Shown: one piece after another, positions 53,373 through 61,981 of the stretch
Position numbering within the stretch: the stretch's first letter is position 1
How the letters are laid out: the number at the start of each line of letters is the position of its first letter
Assembly: GCA_020343435.1 (NCBI GenBank)
Contig: CP070794.1
Location: 519,341-581,711, forward strand
Reading direction: 5' to 3'
Origin: an archaeon
GTDB taxonomy: Archaea; Nanobdellota; Nanobdellia; Pacearchaeales; UBA284
Length of the DNA stretch: 62,371 nucleotides
Program-made: the position numbers and the translations under genes
The notes under the pieces: model-generated
Database searches by the model: none
What the model saw: the letters and a program-made list of their open reading frames with translations, nothing else
Told to the model about the DNA's origin: nothing

Positions 53373-53780
53373 ATGGAAATAATTTTAGATGCAACAAATG
53401 CTGTGGTAGGAAGATTAGCTGTTTTTGCAGCAAAAAAAGCATTAGAAGGTAATAAAATAATAATTCTTAATTCAGAAAAAGCAATAATAACAGGAAATCC
53501 AAAATTAGTTTTAGCAAGACACCTTCAAAAATCACGATTAGGTGTTGGAGTTCAAAAAGGACCAAATATTCCTAAAAGAGCTGAAATGATTTTAAGAAGA
53601 ATCATAAGAGGAATGCTTCCATGGAAAAGAACAAAGGGAAGAGAAGCATACAAAAGAATTAAATGTTTTTTAGGAATCCCAACAAAATATAAAGATAAAG
53701 AAATGAAAAAGTTTGAAAAACCAATAAAAACTAAAACAATAACCTTAGAAAGATTAAGTCAATTAGTAAGACAAAAATGA
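53373..53780 (+). CDS. rpl13: 50S ribosomal protein L13
   Basis: ILDATNAVVGRLAVFAAKKAL...RGMLPWKRTKGREA. Confidence 0.9.
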   Translation: MEIILDATNAVVGRLAVFAAKKALEGNKIIILNSEKAIITGNPKLVLARHLQKSRLGVGVQKGPNIPKRAEMILRRIIRGMLPWKRTKGREAYKRIKCFLGIPTKYKDKEMKKFEKPIKTKTITLERLSQLVRQK

Positions 53781-54199
53781 AAAAAATAAAAACAAAAAAC
53801 ATAGTTGTTTCAGGTAAAAGAAAAACAGCTATTGCTAAAGCAACAATAAAACCAGGAACAGGAAAAGTGACTATAAATAAAAAATCTCTTTCATGCTTTA
53901 ATCAGTTCCAACAATTAGCTCTAAAAGAACCATTTATTTTAGCAAGAAAAACCTTAAAAGATCAATTAAAAACAGTCGACATCCTTGTTAATGTTAGAGG
54001 AAGCGGAGCTGAATCTCAAGTTGAAGCTTCAAGACTTGCTATTGCACGAGCAATCATAGCTTATTTTAAAAAAGCAGAATTAAGAAAAACATTTTTAGCT
54101 TATGACAGAGGATTACTTGTTGCAGATACAAGAAGAAAAGAAGCTTGTAAACCTAATGATTCAAAAGCAAGAGCTAAAAGACAAAAATCATATAGATAA
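53777..54199 (+). CDS. rps9: 30S ribosomal protein S9
   Basis: GKRKTAIAKATIKPGTG...VRGSGAESQVEASRLAIARA...RRKEACKPN...RQKSYR. Confidence 0.9.
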   Translation: MKKIKTKNIVVSGKRKTAIAKATIKPGTGKVTINKKSLSCFNQFQQLALKEPFILARKTLKDQLKTVDILVNVRGSGAESQVEASRLAIARAIIAYFKKAELRKTFLAYDRGLLVADTRRKEACKPNDSKARAKRQKSYR

Positions 54200-54201
54200 A
54201 A

Positions 54202-54444
54202 ATGCCAAAACCTAAACACCAAAGACTAAAACCATTAGCACTAGGGTTAGGATTTGTTGTAGCTGCCTTAATTTTTACAATATTCCTAGCTTTTTTTCCA
54301 GGGGGTTTAGTATGGATAACTAAGTTTTATGCTGGTTTTATCCCAGGAACTACTAATTTCTTAGCAGTAATCTTCTGGATAATAGATTGTTTCATCTTCG
54401 GGTTGCTAGTAGCAGTATTTTACAATCTTTTTGTAAAAAAATAG
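54202..54444 (+). CDS. small membrane protein (80 aa, 2 TM)
   Basis: Hydrophobic ORF 2 nt after rps9, occupying the slot where rpoN normally follows. Confidence 0.5.
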   Translation: MPKPKHQRLKPLALGLGFVVAALIFTIFLAFFPGGLVWITKFYAGFIPGTTNFLAVIFWIIDCFIFGLLVAVFYNLFVKK

Positions 54445-54446
54445 TT

Positions 54447-54605
54447 CTACACAACAATCCCAAGAATGATAACTATTCCTACAATTATTAGATATATCCC
54501 TATTAACCATCTTAGTAATTTTGGAAATGCAATTATAAGAATCCCCAAAATTATTGCTATGATAGCTAAAATCAATGCAGGAACAAAAGCAATTAATTCT
54601 GCCAT
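54447..54605 (-). CDS. small hydrophobic protein (52 aa, 2 TM)
   Basis: Hand-translated: MAELIAFVPALILAIIAIILGILIIAFPKLLRWLIGIYLIIVGIVIILGIVV. Lies 30 nt downstream of the permease. Preferred over track ORF 54406..54621, which is in another frame and has N/C/Y/S-rich junk-like composition. Confidence 0.4.
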   Translation of the reverse strand: MAELIAFVPALILAIIAIILGILIIAFPKLLRWLIGIYLIIVGIVIILGIVV

Positions 54606-54635
54606 GTAAATAATAAATCAAAATTCTTTATAAAA

Positions 54636-55850
54636 TTATTCGTATCTTAGAGCTTCTACTGGTTTCAATCTTGAAGCTCTCACAGCTGGTAATGTTCCAG
54701 CAACACATCCAACAACAAAAGAGAACACTAATGCTCCTATTATTAACCATGCTGGGAATGAAACTTGTAATAAAGAACTTCCTAAAGCACCATATGCAAT
54801 TGCTTGAGCCATTTTTCCTAATCCAATTCCTATAGCAACTCCAATTAACCCACCAACTAATCCAAGCATTCCAGCTTCAATTAAAAATATACTTAGAATA
54901 TTAGAATTCTTTGCTCCAATAGATTTCATAATCCCAATTTCTCTAGTTCTTTCTAAAACAGAAGTATACATTGTGTTCATAATCCCAATTCCACCAACTA
55001 AAAGAGAGATTGCAGCAATACCAATCAATACAGCTTGTAAAATACCCAAAATATTCTGAAAACTCTCAAATAATTGTTCTGCAGTCTGAACAGTAAATGT
55101 TTCTTCACCTTCTTTTTCATCTCTAAACCTTCTTAACTCCCTTGCAATTCTCTCAGCAATTTCAACAGGATCTTCTCCTTGAATAACTTTAGCATAAAGT
55201 TGTGTCTCTTCTTCTCCCAAATTCATAATATCTCTCATAACTTCTTTAGAAATTAGAACAGACTCATCATCATAAGGATTTCCAGTACTTTCTAAAACTC
55301 CAACAACTCTAAACTCAACCCCCTCAATCTCTATTTTCTTACCAAGATCTACTGGCTTTTCCCATAATCCCCCAGAAACATGACCATAACCAACAACAGC
55401 CTTGTATTTATCATCTGGTTTTAGAAATCTTCCTTCTTCAATCTTAAAAGCCTGAACTTCTTCAAATCTCATATCATCTCTCGGGTCCACACCAGATATA
55501 AAAGCAATTTCTAATTCATCTCTATACTTTATAACTCCTGTTTTAAACACAATTCCTACAACTCCAAAAACTCCTTTCGTCTTTTCAACAACTTCCATAT
55601 CTCTTGTTGTTAATAATAATGATTGACCTGAAGCTGATCCTGGTGGTCCCAGGGATTTACTCTGGATGATTACCTTATCTTTTCCCAGATTCTCAAATTG
55701 TTCAGCTACAGAAGATTCTAATCCCTGTCCTATGGAAATTAAAGCAACAACAGCAGCTATTCCAATAAAAATTCCTAGAATTGTTAGAAAACTTCTTGTT
55801 CTTCTGTTTCTTAGATTTTTAAAAGACAGATTAAAATAATCTATTATCAT
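54636..55850 (-). CDS. ABC transporter permease, FtsX/MacB type
   Basis: N-terminal TM helix, a large extracytoplasmic domain and three C-terminal TM helices with the FtsX pattern (GIMKSIGA). Confidence 0.88.
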   Translation of the reverse strand: MIIDYFNLSFKNLRNRRTRSFLTILGIFIGIAAVVALISIGQGLESSVAEQFENLGKDKVIIQSKSLGPPGSASGQSLLLTTRDMEVVEKTKGVFGVVGIVFKTGVIKYRDELEIAFISGVDPRDDMRFEEVQAFKIEEGRFLKPDDKYKAVVGYGHVSGGLWEKPVDLGKKIEIEGVEFRVVGVLESTGNPYDDESVLISKEVMRDIMNLGEEETQLYAKVIQGEDPVEIAERIARELRRFRDEKEGEETFTVQTAEQLFESFQNILGILQAVLIGIAAISLLVGGIGIMNTMYTSVLERTREIGIMKSIGAKNSNILSIFLIEAGMLGLVGGLIGVAIGIGLGKMAQAIAYGALGSSLLQVSFPAWLIIGALVFSFVVGCVAGTLPAVRASRLKPVEALRYE

Positions 55851-57034
55851 TATGAATTATTCATTTGTTGTAATCTTTTTCTTCTTCTCTTCTTAGCACT
55901 AAAGAAAATAATTAGGAAAACAATAATAATTATAATTACAATTAGAGCCCAAGGAAATCTAGGAACCAGACCAAGAGCTTGAGCTTCTCTAATTGTGTAG
56001 ACCTTAACATTAAATGTTTCATAATCTCTATATTCTTTATTAGAAGAATCTTTATATTCTAATTCAAATTGCAAAGATATTCTCTCTTTTTTAGGAAGAA
56101 TTTCAAATTCTACAACCTCATAGTCATCAGATTCTATGTTCCCAATATATTCATATCCTTTTTTGAAATCATAATCAGGAGAATCTAGTAATCTAATCTC
56201 AGCAAAATTAACTTCAGCCAATCCTTTATTCAGTATCTTAACTTCTATCTTAGAATTCATTCCAATAACTAAATTGTTTTCTTCAATAGTTATAGCAATA
56301 TCAGGTTCTTCAAAAACTTCTAATGAGATTGTATCACTTTTTTGATAAGAATTCCCATAAGCATCAGAGTAAGAGATTAGTAATGGTATTTTGTAAATTT
56401 GAATCTCTGCAGTTGAAAGAACATCCACAGTGAAACTTACTTGTCTTTCTTCACCATCATTTAATTCATCAATTCTCCTTTCAGTTACACTTTCAGGTGC
56501 AAAAGGTAATTCTTCTATTGCTAATTTTAGAATAATTTCTTTTATTTCTGATTCAGCAGTATTTTTTACTTTTATTTTAATATCAGCTTGATCTCCTGGT
56601 GCTACTTTTTCAGGATTTGTTATAACATCAGTAACTTGCAGATAAACTTGTCTTGGCGCAATAGTTATCTCAAAATCTTCTTTAAAAGAATCATCTCCAA
56701 GCTTGTACTCTAGACTTACTTCTTCAATTCCTTCCCTTGCTGAACCATCTACATAAATTTTATATGCAATAGTTTTAGTTTCTCCTGGTTCAAGTGAAGA
56801 AATGAATCTATCTTTTCCAGATGCTAAGGTAAAATCATTTCCAACATCTAATTCAAATGAAATATTCTCTAATAAAGCAAATTGATGATTAGTTACTTCA
56901 AATTCTAAATCAACTAAATCTCCGGGATGGACTGGATAAGGATCATAAGTTAAAGAAACATCTAATCCATCTGCTGCCACAGTTGGGACTAGAAAAACTG
57001 CTAACAACATCATTAATAAGATTGTTTTATTCAT
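55850..57034 (-). CDS. secreted repeat (CARDB/COG1361-like) protein with C-terminal sorting-signal-like tail
   Basis: Start set at the Met of signal peptide MNKTILLMMLLAVFLVPTVAA. Repeated beta-sandwich-like modules. Tail: VPRFPW, then a TM helix, then KKRRRKR. Confidence 0.7.
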   Translation of the reverse strand: MNKTILLMMLLAVFLVPTVAADGLDVSLTYDPYPVHPGDLVDLEFEVTNHQFALLENISFELDVGNDFTLASGKDRFISSLEPGETKTIAYKIYVDGSAREGIEEVSLEYKLGDDSFKEDFEITIAPRQVYLQVTDVITNPEKVAPGDQADIKIKVKNTAESEIKEIILKLAIEELPFAPESVTERRIDELNDGEERQVSFTVDVLSTAEIQIYKIPLLISYSDAYGNSYQKSDTISLEVFEEPDIAITIEENNLVIGMNSKIEVKILNKGLAEVNFAEIRLLDSPDYDFKKGYEYIGNIESDDYEVVEFEILPKKERISLQFELEYKDSSNKEYRDYETFNVKVYTIREAQALGLVPRFPWALIVIIIIIVFLIIFFSAKKRRRKRLQQMNNS

Positions 57035-57266
57035 CTTTCCTACCAGCACGCCACCTATAATAAACAGGAACCAAACTAGCTGGAAGCCATTTTTCAGGTT
57101 TCCTAATATTAGATCCTTCAACAAATCTTGTCAGACCCTCTCTTGCTCTATGAGAGATATATCTAGCTGTTTCAGTAGCTCCCCTAATCTTCTCTATCAA
57201 AGGTGTTCTTTCCACCCACTCTCCCAAAGCTCTCATCTTATCTCTTAAAGTATATTTTCCTTTCAT
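57027..57266 (-). CDS. hypothetical small Arg-rich protein (79 aa)
   Basis: ATGA overlap with the ATPase stop and an 8-nt overlap with the next start, suggesting translational coupling in an operon. Confidence 0.45.
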   Translation of the reverse strand: MKGKYTLRDKMRALGEWVERTPLIEKIRGATETARYISHRAREGLTRFVEGSNIRKPEKWLPASLVPVYYRWRAGRKDE

Positions 57267-57964
57267 TTTACAACTCCGTCTTTAATATGAACTATCTTTT
57301 TAGCTTTTTTGGCGATAGATTGATCATGTGTAATTATAATAATTGTTTTTCCTTTTTTGTTCAAATCCTGTAATAGTTTTAAAATATCTTTTCCTGTTTT
57401 AGAATCTAAATTTCCAGTAGGTTCATCAGCCAATATAATCTTAGGATCATTTGCTAAAGCTCTTGCAATAGCAACTCTTTGTTGTTCTCCTCCACTTAAT
57501 TCTCCAGGTTTATGATGCATTCTATGTCCCAATCCAACTTGTTTTAATACCAGTTCAGCTCTATCAGATCTTTCTCCAGCAGAATATCCTTGAAATAACA
57601 TTGGTAACATAACATTTTCTTTTGCAGATAATGTTTGAATTAAGTTAAATTGTTGGAATACAAATCCTATTGTCTTCCCTCTTGTTTGAGCTAATTCAGA
57701 TTCAGTCATATGAGAGATATCTAAACCTTCTAATAGAATTCTTCCACATTCAGGAACATCTAACGCCCCTATTAAATTCATTAATGTACTTTTTCCAGAT
57801 CCTGATGGACCAACAACAGCTAAAAAATCACCTTCTTTAACTGTAAGAATAGCATTTTTTACAGCTTGAACTGCTGTATGTCCCTTTCCATAAGTTTTAC
57901 AAACTTTATCTAGTTGAATTGCTTGTTTCATTTTTAAGTTTTTTTCATCCAGATTTTTTTCCAA
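57263..57964 (-). CDS. ABC transporter ATP-binding protein (MacB/LolD-like)
   Basis: Walker [10 protein letters not shown], signature LSGGEQQR and Walker [12 protein letters not shown]. Confidence 0.92.
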   Translation of the reverse strand: MEKNLDEKNLKMKQAIQLDKVCKTYGKGHTAVQAVKNAILTVKEGDFLAVVGPSGSGKSTLMNLIGALDVPECGRILLEGLDISHMTESELAQTRGKTIGFVFQQFNLIQTLSAKENVMLPMLFQGYSAGERSDRAELVLKQVGLGHRMHHKPGELSGGEQQRVAIARALANDPKIILADEPTGNLDSKTGKDILKLLQDLNKKGKTIIIITHDQSIAKKAKKIVHIKDGVVK

Positions 57965-58259
57965 TTTTTATACTATATACATACATTTTTCCATTTATCC
58001 TAACTCCTAAATCCTTTAAGAAACAACGAATTGCTTCCTGACCCTGAGAAAAGACCTCTGGAGGGATGGTTTCCTCTAAGATTCCCTCTAATTCTTTTCC
58101 GAAATCTCCACTTGTCTCAAATTCTCTTCTTTCAGTTACTCTTCCAAATATCCCTTCTTCAGCAGCTTCTTTTTCAATAGATCCTGCTTCTAAATAGTAG
58201 CCAGCAGTGAAACCATAAGCCACTGCATCGTTTTTTATTGATTTTAATATCATCGTCAT
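57945..58259 (-). CDS. hypothetical acidic protein (104 aa), leader-motif gene C
   Basis: First gene of the ABC operon, preceded by the conserved leader. No family recognised. Confidence 0.6.
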   Translation of the reverse strand: MTMILKSIKNDAVAYGFTAGYYLEAGSIEKEAAEEGIFGRVTERREFETSGDFGKELEGILEETIPPEVFSQGQEAIRCFLKDLGVRINGKMYVYSIKIGKKSG

Positions 58260-58295
58260 TTATCTCAGAATTCGGTTCTGAGGCCGATCACCTCT
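58260..58295 (-). promoter_or_regulatory. conserved 5' leader copy C
   Basis: Gene-sense: AGAGGTGATCGGCCTCAGAACCGAATTCTGAGATAA followed by ATG. 7-bp hairpin CTCAGAA/TTCTGAG. GGTATTTAAAGAG lies about 19 nt upstream. Confidence 0.6.
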
Positions 58296-58371
58296 TAATT
58301 TTAAGCTCCATTTACTCTTTAAATACCTTGCTATGCAAAGTTTTAAATATCGTTATTTTACCTTTAATATA

Positions 58372-58569
58372 ATGATAATTCCAGTAAGATGTTTTTCATG
58401 TGGAAAACCTATTGCTCATCTATGGGAAAAATTCAAGGAAAGAGTAAAAAAAGGAGAAAATCCTAAAAAAGTCCTAGATGATTTAGGTTTAGAAAGATAC
58501 TGTTGCAGAGCAGTATTCTTAGGACACACAGATTTACTAGAATTAGTCTCTAAATTCAAGAAGTTCTAA
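58372..58569 (+). CDS. rpoN: DNA-directed RNA polymerase subunit Rpo10 (RpoN)
   Basis: MIIPVRCFSCGKPIAHLWEKF...RYCCR. TTTTAAATAT lies about 25 nt upstream of ATG 58372. The track start 58333 is rejected. Confidence 0.9.
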   Translation: MIIPVRCFSCGKPIAHLWEKFKERVKKGENPKKVLDDLGLERYCCRAVFLGHTDLLELVSKFKKF

Positions 58570-58828
58570 ACTTTTTCCTAGTTCTTTGCTTACATTCTGA
58601 ACACTCTACAGAGATTTTTCCTTTACTTAACCTAGTTTTTCCTCTCAAAATAGAATTACATTTATGACAGAACCTATCTCTGAACTTAGCAGGAATCCTA
58701 TAATTAACATGTTTAGCTATTTTTCTAGCTTTTTTAATCAACTTAGAAGAATTCTTTTCATTAGAAAAAGCTTTTTCAAATAAATCATTAACTTCTTTCT
58801 TAACTTCTTCAGAAACTCTAACTCTCAT
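58556..58828 (-). CDS. rnp4: RNase P protein component 4 (Rpp21/Rnp4)
   Basis: Helical N-terminus plus a Zn ribbon CHKC...CSEC typical of Rpr2/Rpp21. Confidence 0.8.
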   Translation of the reverse strand: MRVRVSEEVKKEVNDLFEKAFSNEKNSSKLIKKARKIAKHVNYRIPAKFRDRFCHKCNSILRGKTRLSKGKISVECSECKQRTRKKFRTS

Positions 58829-58838
58829 TTATTAAAAA

Positions 58839-58955
58839 GCGAAGGCAGCTTGAAGGTTTCCCCTCGATCTGAGAGTACAGCCAGCAACGTAAGCAGCTTA
58901 ACTTCCGTGTTCGGAAAGGGAACGGGTGTTTCCTACTTACTATGACCGCCTTCAA
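58839..58955 (-). rRNA. rrf: 5S ribosomal RNA
   Basis: The minus strand reads GAAGGCGGTCATAGTAAGTAGGAAACACCCGTTCCCTTTCCGAACACGGAAGTTAAGCTGCTTAC...CTGCCTTC. Helix I closes (GAAGGCGG/CTGCCTTC), and the loop C/helix III CCGAAC...GAAGTTAAGC signature is present. Confidence 0.85.
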
Positions 58956-59033
58956 TTTGGACAATAGATTTTACCTTTTAAAGTTTTCTCTTAAACGAAA
59001 GCTTTTATAATAGATTATCCTTCTCCAAATTAC

Positions 59034-59117
59034 GCAGGAGTGTCGGAGCGGTCAAACGAGACGGACTCAAGATCCGTTGGCTTAGTGCCTACGCAGGTTC
59101 GAATCCTGTCTCCTGCA
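59034..59117 (+). tRNA. tRNA-Leu (anticodon CAA)
   Basis: Acceptor GCAGGAG/CTCCTGC, anticodon stem ACGGA/TCCGT with loop CTCAAGA, and a long variable arm. The T-arm is identical to the tRNA at 52897. Confidence 0.88.
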
Positions 59118-59121
59118 TAAA

Positions 59122-60003
59122 ATGGCTTCAACAAATCAATCGCCTCATTTCCAAAAGGCAGAGCAAGAATACATATTAGCAGATACAAAACAAAAGAAAA
59201 TTCTAGCACTAAAGAAAATGATTTCTTTAGCTCCAAAACATAAGGGAGCTGAAAACTTAAGAAAAGACCTGAAAAGAAGATTAGCAAAACTAAAATATGT
59301 TAATGAAAAAGAAAGCAGAAAAGCAAAATCAACAAAAAATGCATTAAAAAAAGAAGCAGATGCAACTGTCTGTATTCTAGGATTCACAAACTCAGGGAAA
59401 TCTTCATTATTAGCTATCTTAACAAATGCTCACCCAGTTGTAACAGACATTCCTTTTACAACAATAAGCCCAGAACAAGGAGTTTATGATTATGGTGGTT
59501 GTAAAATACAAACCATAGAAATACCAGCTATAGAAAAATCAGATCTAGAATCCCTATCTTTTTCAAGATCTGCTGACTTAGTCATATTTCTTATCACAAG
59601 TAAAGAAGAATTAAAACAAGCTAAGGAAACTTTAAGTAAATTTAAAATAAAGAATTATTTAATAGTTCAAAATAAATTAGACCTTTTTAATCTAAACAAT
59701 ACTAAAATAGCAGTTTCTTGTAAAACTAGGGAAGGTATTCTCAATCTAAAAAAAGAAATCTTTGAAAACCTTGGGTTAGTAAGAATATTCACAAAAGAGA
59801 GATTCAAAAAAAGAGCAGAACCAATGATTTTAGAAAAAGGATCTACAATTAAAGATCTAGCAAAAAAAGTTCATAAAGATTTTCTTAAGGATTTTAATTA
59901 TGCTTTACTTTGGGGACCAAGCGCAAGGTTCCAAGGTCAAAGAGCAGGATTAAATCATGTTCTAAAAGACCAAGATATGGTAGAAATTTATCTTAAGAAG
60001 TAG
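59122..60003 (+). CDS. DRG/Obg-family GTPase with C-terminal TGS domain
   Basis: G1 GFTNSGKSS, G4 NKLD and a TGS-like C-terminus (VRIFTK...GSTIKDLAKKVHKDF...VEIY). Confidence 0.85.
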   Translation: MASTNQSPHFQKAEQEYILADTKQKKILALKKMISLAPKHKGAENLRKDLKRRLAKLKYVNEKESRKAKSTKNALKKEADATVCILGFTNSGKSSLLAILTNAHPVVTDIPFTTISPEQGVYDYGGCKIQTIEIPAIEKSDLESLSFSRSADLVIFLITSKEELKQAKETLSKFKIKNYLIVQNKLDLFNLNNTKIAVSCKTREGILNLKKEIFENLGLVRIFTKERFKKRAEPMILEKGSTIKDLAKKVHKDFLKDFNYALLWGPSARFQGQRAGLNHVLKDQDMVEIYLKK

Positions 60004-60574
60004 TACAGTTTCCAGGAAGAAAATCTAATAGAGAAAGATATACCATTATCTCTTCTAATTTTTCTTCAATCATCTGGTCATAATATGGAGAATTAGGATT
60101 GCCCCCATATGAAAAAGTTATAATAGTACCATTTTCTTTATCAACAGAAAGGGTATACTCATTTTCTTTGCTAGTTTCAAAGCTATCACACTCTAAAAAT
60201 GCAAAACTGTCTGTATCTAAAAATCTGTTATCTGGGGAAGTGATTGTTAGACTATAACTTCCATAATAAAAATTTCCCCCACCACCAGAATTACTTGGGG
60301 TCTCAATAAATTCAAAAATTACTCCATTAACTTCCCACCTTGTGTGGCTTACTTCTAAAATACTTCCATAGAGATCAACATCCTCTATTTCAAAACTTCC
60401 AAATCCTGAACGATAATCTTGTTTTAAAAAGGAATTTACAAATAAATGGTCCACAGTGATCCTTTGTTTTAAACCTCTATCTTCCTCACTTACAAATCCT
60501 CCTAAAAAAGTAACTAATAACAAAACGATTACAACAATGATAACTACCCAGATTATCCACCTGTTTTTAGCCAT
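59993..60574 (-). CDS. membrane-anchored hypothetical protein
   Basis: N-terminal TM helix (WIIWVVIIVVIVLLLVTFLGG) followed by a beta-rich soluble domain. Confidence 0.55.
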   Translation of the reverse strand: MAKNRWIIWVVIIVVIVLLLVTFLGGFVSEEDRGLKQRITVDHLFVNSFLKQDYRSGFGSFEIEDVDLYGSILEVSHTRWEVNGVIFEFIETPSNSGGGGNFYYGSYSLTITSPDNRFLDTDSFAFLECDSFETSKENEYTLSVDKENGTIITFSYGGNPNSPYYDQMIEEKLEEIMVYLSLLDFLPGNCTTS

Positions 60575-60651
60575 CTAAATATTAATGAACCTTCTTTTTT
60601 AAAACTTGTTTATAGTAAGATATTAAAAGAAATAATCCTGTTTCTCATTGT

Positions 60652-60725
60652 GGGCCCGTAGCTCAGTTGGATAGAGCACTTGCCTCCTAAGCAAGGGGTC
60701 GCAGGTTCAAATCCTGTCGGGCCCG
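60652..60725 (+). tRNA. tRNA-Arg (anticodon CCU)
   Basis: Acceptor GGGCCCG/CGGGCCC, D-arm GCTC-AGTTGGATA-GAGC, anticodon stem CTTGC/GCAAG with loop CTCCTAA and T-arm GCAGG-TTCAAAT-CCTGT. Confidence 0.88.
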
Positions 60726-60737
60726 TTAGAATATCTT

Positions 60738-61382
60738 TCATATTAATCCTAATTCTTTTAATTTTTTTAATGTTTCTTTATTTTTTGGCTTAGCAGTTAT
60801 GATTTGCGCCTCTTCTTTTATCCCCAGAGCAATATAAGCTCCTTTTTTGTAAAGTTTTCCAACTAAAGCAGAAGTAATAGCATCTAATTCATGATCTGTT
60901 ATTTCTTTTTTTTCTATGTCTCCTTTAAAGCCATACTCCTTGAGAGCTTTTCTCAAAATTTCTATCCCCTTTTTCTTTCTTGGAATTCCTAACAGATCTT
61001 GGGCAGAACCAGGATATGTTTCAATAACTTCGTAACCTTTTTTCTCAAATAGTTTCCTTAGTTTAATTCCACGATTAGTTAATTTTTGCATTCCTCCAAA
61101 ACCACATGGAAAGATTCTAATCCCAATCTTAACCATTTGTTTCTCTCCAACCCTCATACAACCATATTTTCTACATTTACAGTTGTAATCTAAACAACAT
61201 CTTCCTTTAGGATATCCCAATGGAGAATCTATTGTAACCAATTTAGAACCAGATCTCTCTACTTCTTCTATAATATCATCATCTGTGTAAAGGACCTTTG
61301 TCTTAGTATTAAAACCATTATTAATTGCAAATCCTGTTTGTCGTTTTTCAACTCCAGCAAGATCGATTCCTATGATTTTCAT
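60738..61382 (-). CDS. DUF429-like (RNase H-fold) protein
   Basis: MKIIGIDLAG...TGFAI...TIDSPLG pattern. Confidence 0.5.
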   Translation of the reverse strand: MKIIGIDLAGVEKRQTGFAINNGFNTKTKVLYTDDDIIEEVERSGSKLVTIDSPLGYPKGRCCLDYNCKCRKYGCMRVGEKQMVKIGIRIFPCGFGGMQKLTNRGIKLRKLFEKKGYEVIETYPGSAQDLLGIPRKKKGIEILRKALKEYGFKGDIEKKEITDHELDAITSALVGKLYKKGAYIALGIKEEAQIITAKPKNKETLKKLKELGLI

Positions 61383-61414
61383 ATCAAAACTAGAATATCA
61401 AACTTTATATTATT

Positions 61415-61981
61415 TTACAAAACATTTTTCTTCAGCTGTAAAAGATAAATAGCACTCCCAAAACAAAGTGCAGCCATTATTACAAATAATGGATGAAATC
61501 CAAATCTAGAAGCAATAAAACCACCAAGAGCAGCTCCACCAGCAGCTGTAAAGTAGTTCATACTTTCCCATAGTCCCCACTCTCTACCTGCTTTTTTTAC
61601 AGTAATATGTCTGCTATAAAGAGCATCAAAAGCAGGAGAATAAATAGCTTCTCCAATTCCTACAACAATCTGAACAGCAAAAAGAAACCATACAGAATTT
61701 ACAAAAATATACAAAACAAAGCCAGCACCCATTAAAACATAACCCCAAATAATAATCTTTTCATCTCTTCTCATCTTATCAGCGTATTTTCCAGATATTA
61801 GTGTAGTAACTCCAGCAGCTAAAGCAAATAATCCACCAGCAATTCCAGCTTCCAGAATATTTCCACCAACTTGTTCTGCAAATATAGCAAAAATAGGTCC
61901 TAACATAGCTCCTGCAATTAAAATTAAACCATTTGTAATAAGTAGAATTCTTAGAGCTTTGTTGAAAAACCACCTCTTCAT
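61415..61981 (-). CDS. half-size MFS-type membrane protein (6 TM)
   Basis: Six TM helices with an MFS motif-A-like GKYADKMRRDEK loop. At 188 aa it is half of a normal MFS transporter. Confidence 0.6.
   Translation of the reverse strand: MKRWFFNKALRILLITNGLILIAGAMLGPIFAIFAEQVGGNILEAGIAGGLFALAAGVTTLISGKYADKMRRDEKIIIWGYVLMGAGFVLYIFVNSVWFLFAVQIVVGIGEAIYSPAFDALYSRHITVKKAGREWGLWESMNYFTAAGGAALGGFIASRFGFHPLFVIMAALCFGSAIYLLQLKKNVL

Noticed and set aside
54406-54621. Track ORF of 71 aa (MIYYLHGRINCFCSC...).
   Set aside because: Its N/C/Y/S-rich composition looks non-coding. A different frame on the same strand (54447..54605) gives a clean two-TM peptide with a proper ATG and stop, and that frame is preferred, though still with low confidence.
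59030-59387. Track ORFs 59030..59287(-) and 59145..59387(-).
   Set aside because: The first runs through tRNA-Leu(CAA). Both are antisense to the well-supported DRG GTPase gene.
206-61973. About 40 track ORFs lying antisense to, or out of frame within, larger well-supported genes. They are 206..604, 660..878, 1737..2045, 1973..2155, 2657..2851, 3771..4127, 4490..4693, 5253..5630, 5380..5583, 5867..6091, 6587..6769, 11214..11399, 11409..11591, 12443..12895, 12959..13189, 13692..14009, 16303..16545, 19301..19603, 19621..19803, 21817..22026, 24337..24573, 25490..25672, 30810..30992, 34395..34583, 35267..35614, 37587..37823, 38759..39028, 42860..43255, 45089..45334, 45365..45781, 46588..46785, 49477..49680, 49637..49825, 49879..50232, 50499..50708, 51772..52041, 52476..52718, 53047..53442 and 61779..61973.
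   Set aside because: Each overlaps a gene with clear family motifs or better composition. Their translations are S/L/F/C/N-rich and low-complexity, as expected for the wrong frame of AT-rich coding DNA, and they have no start context.
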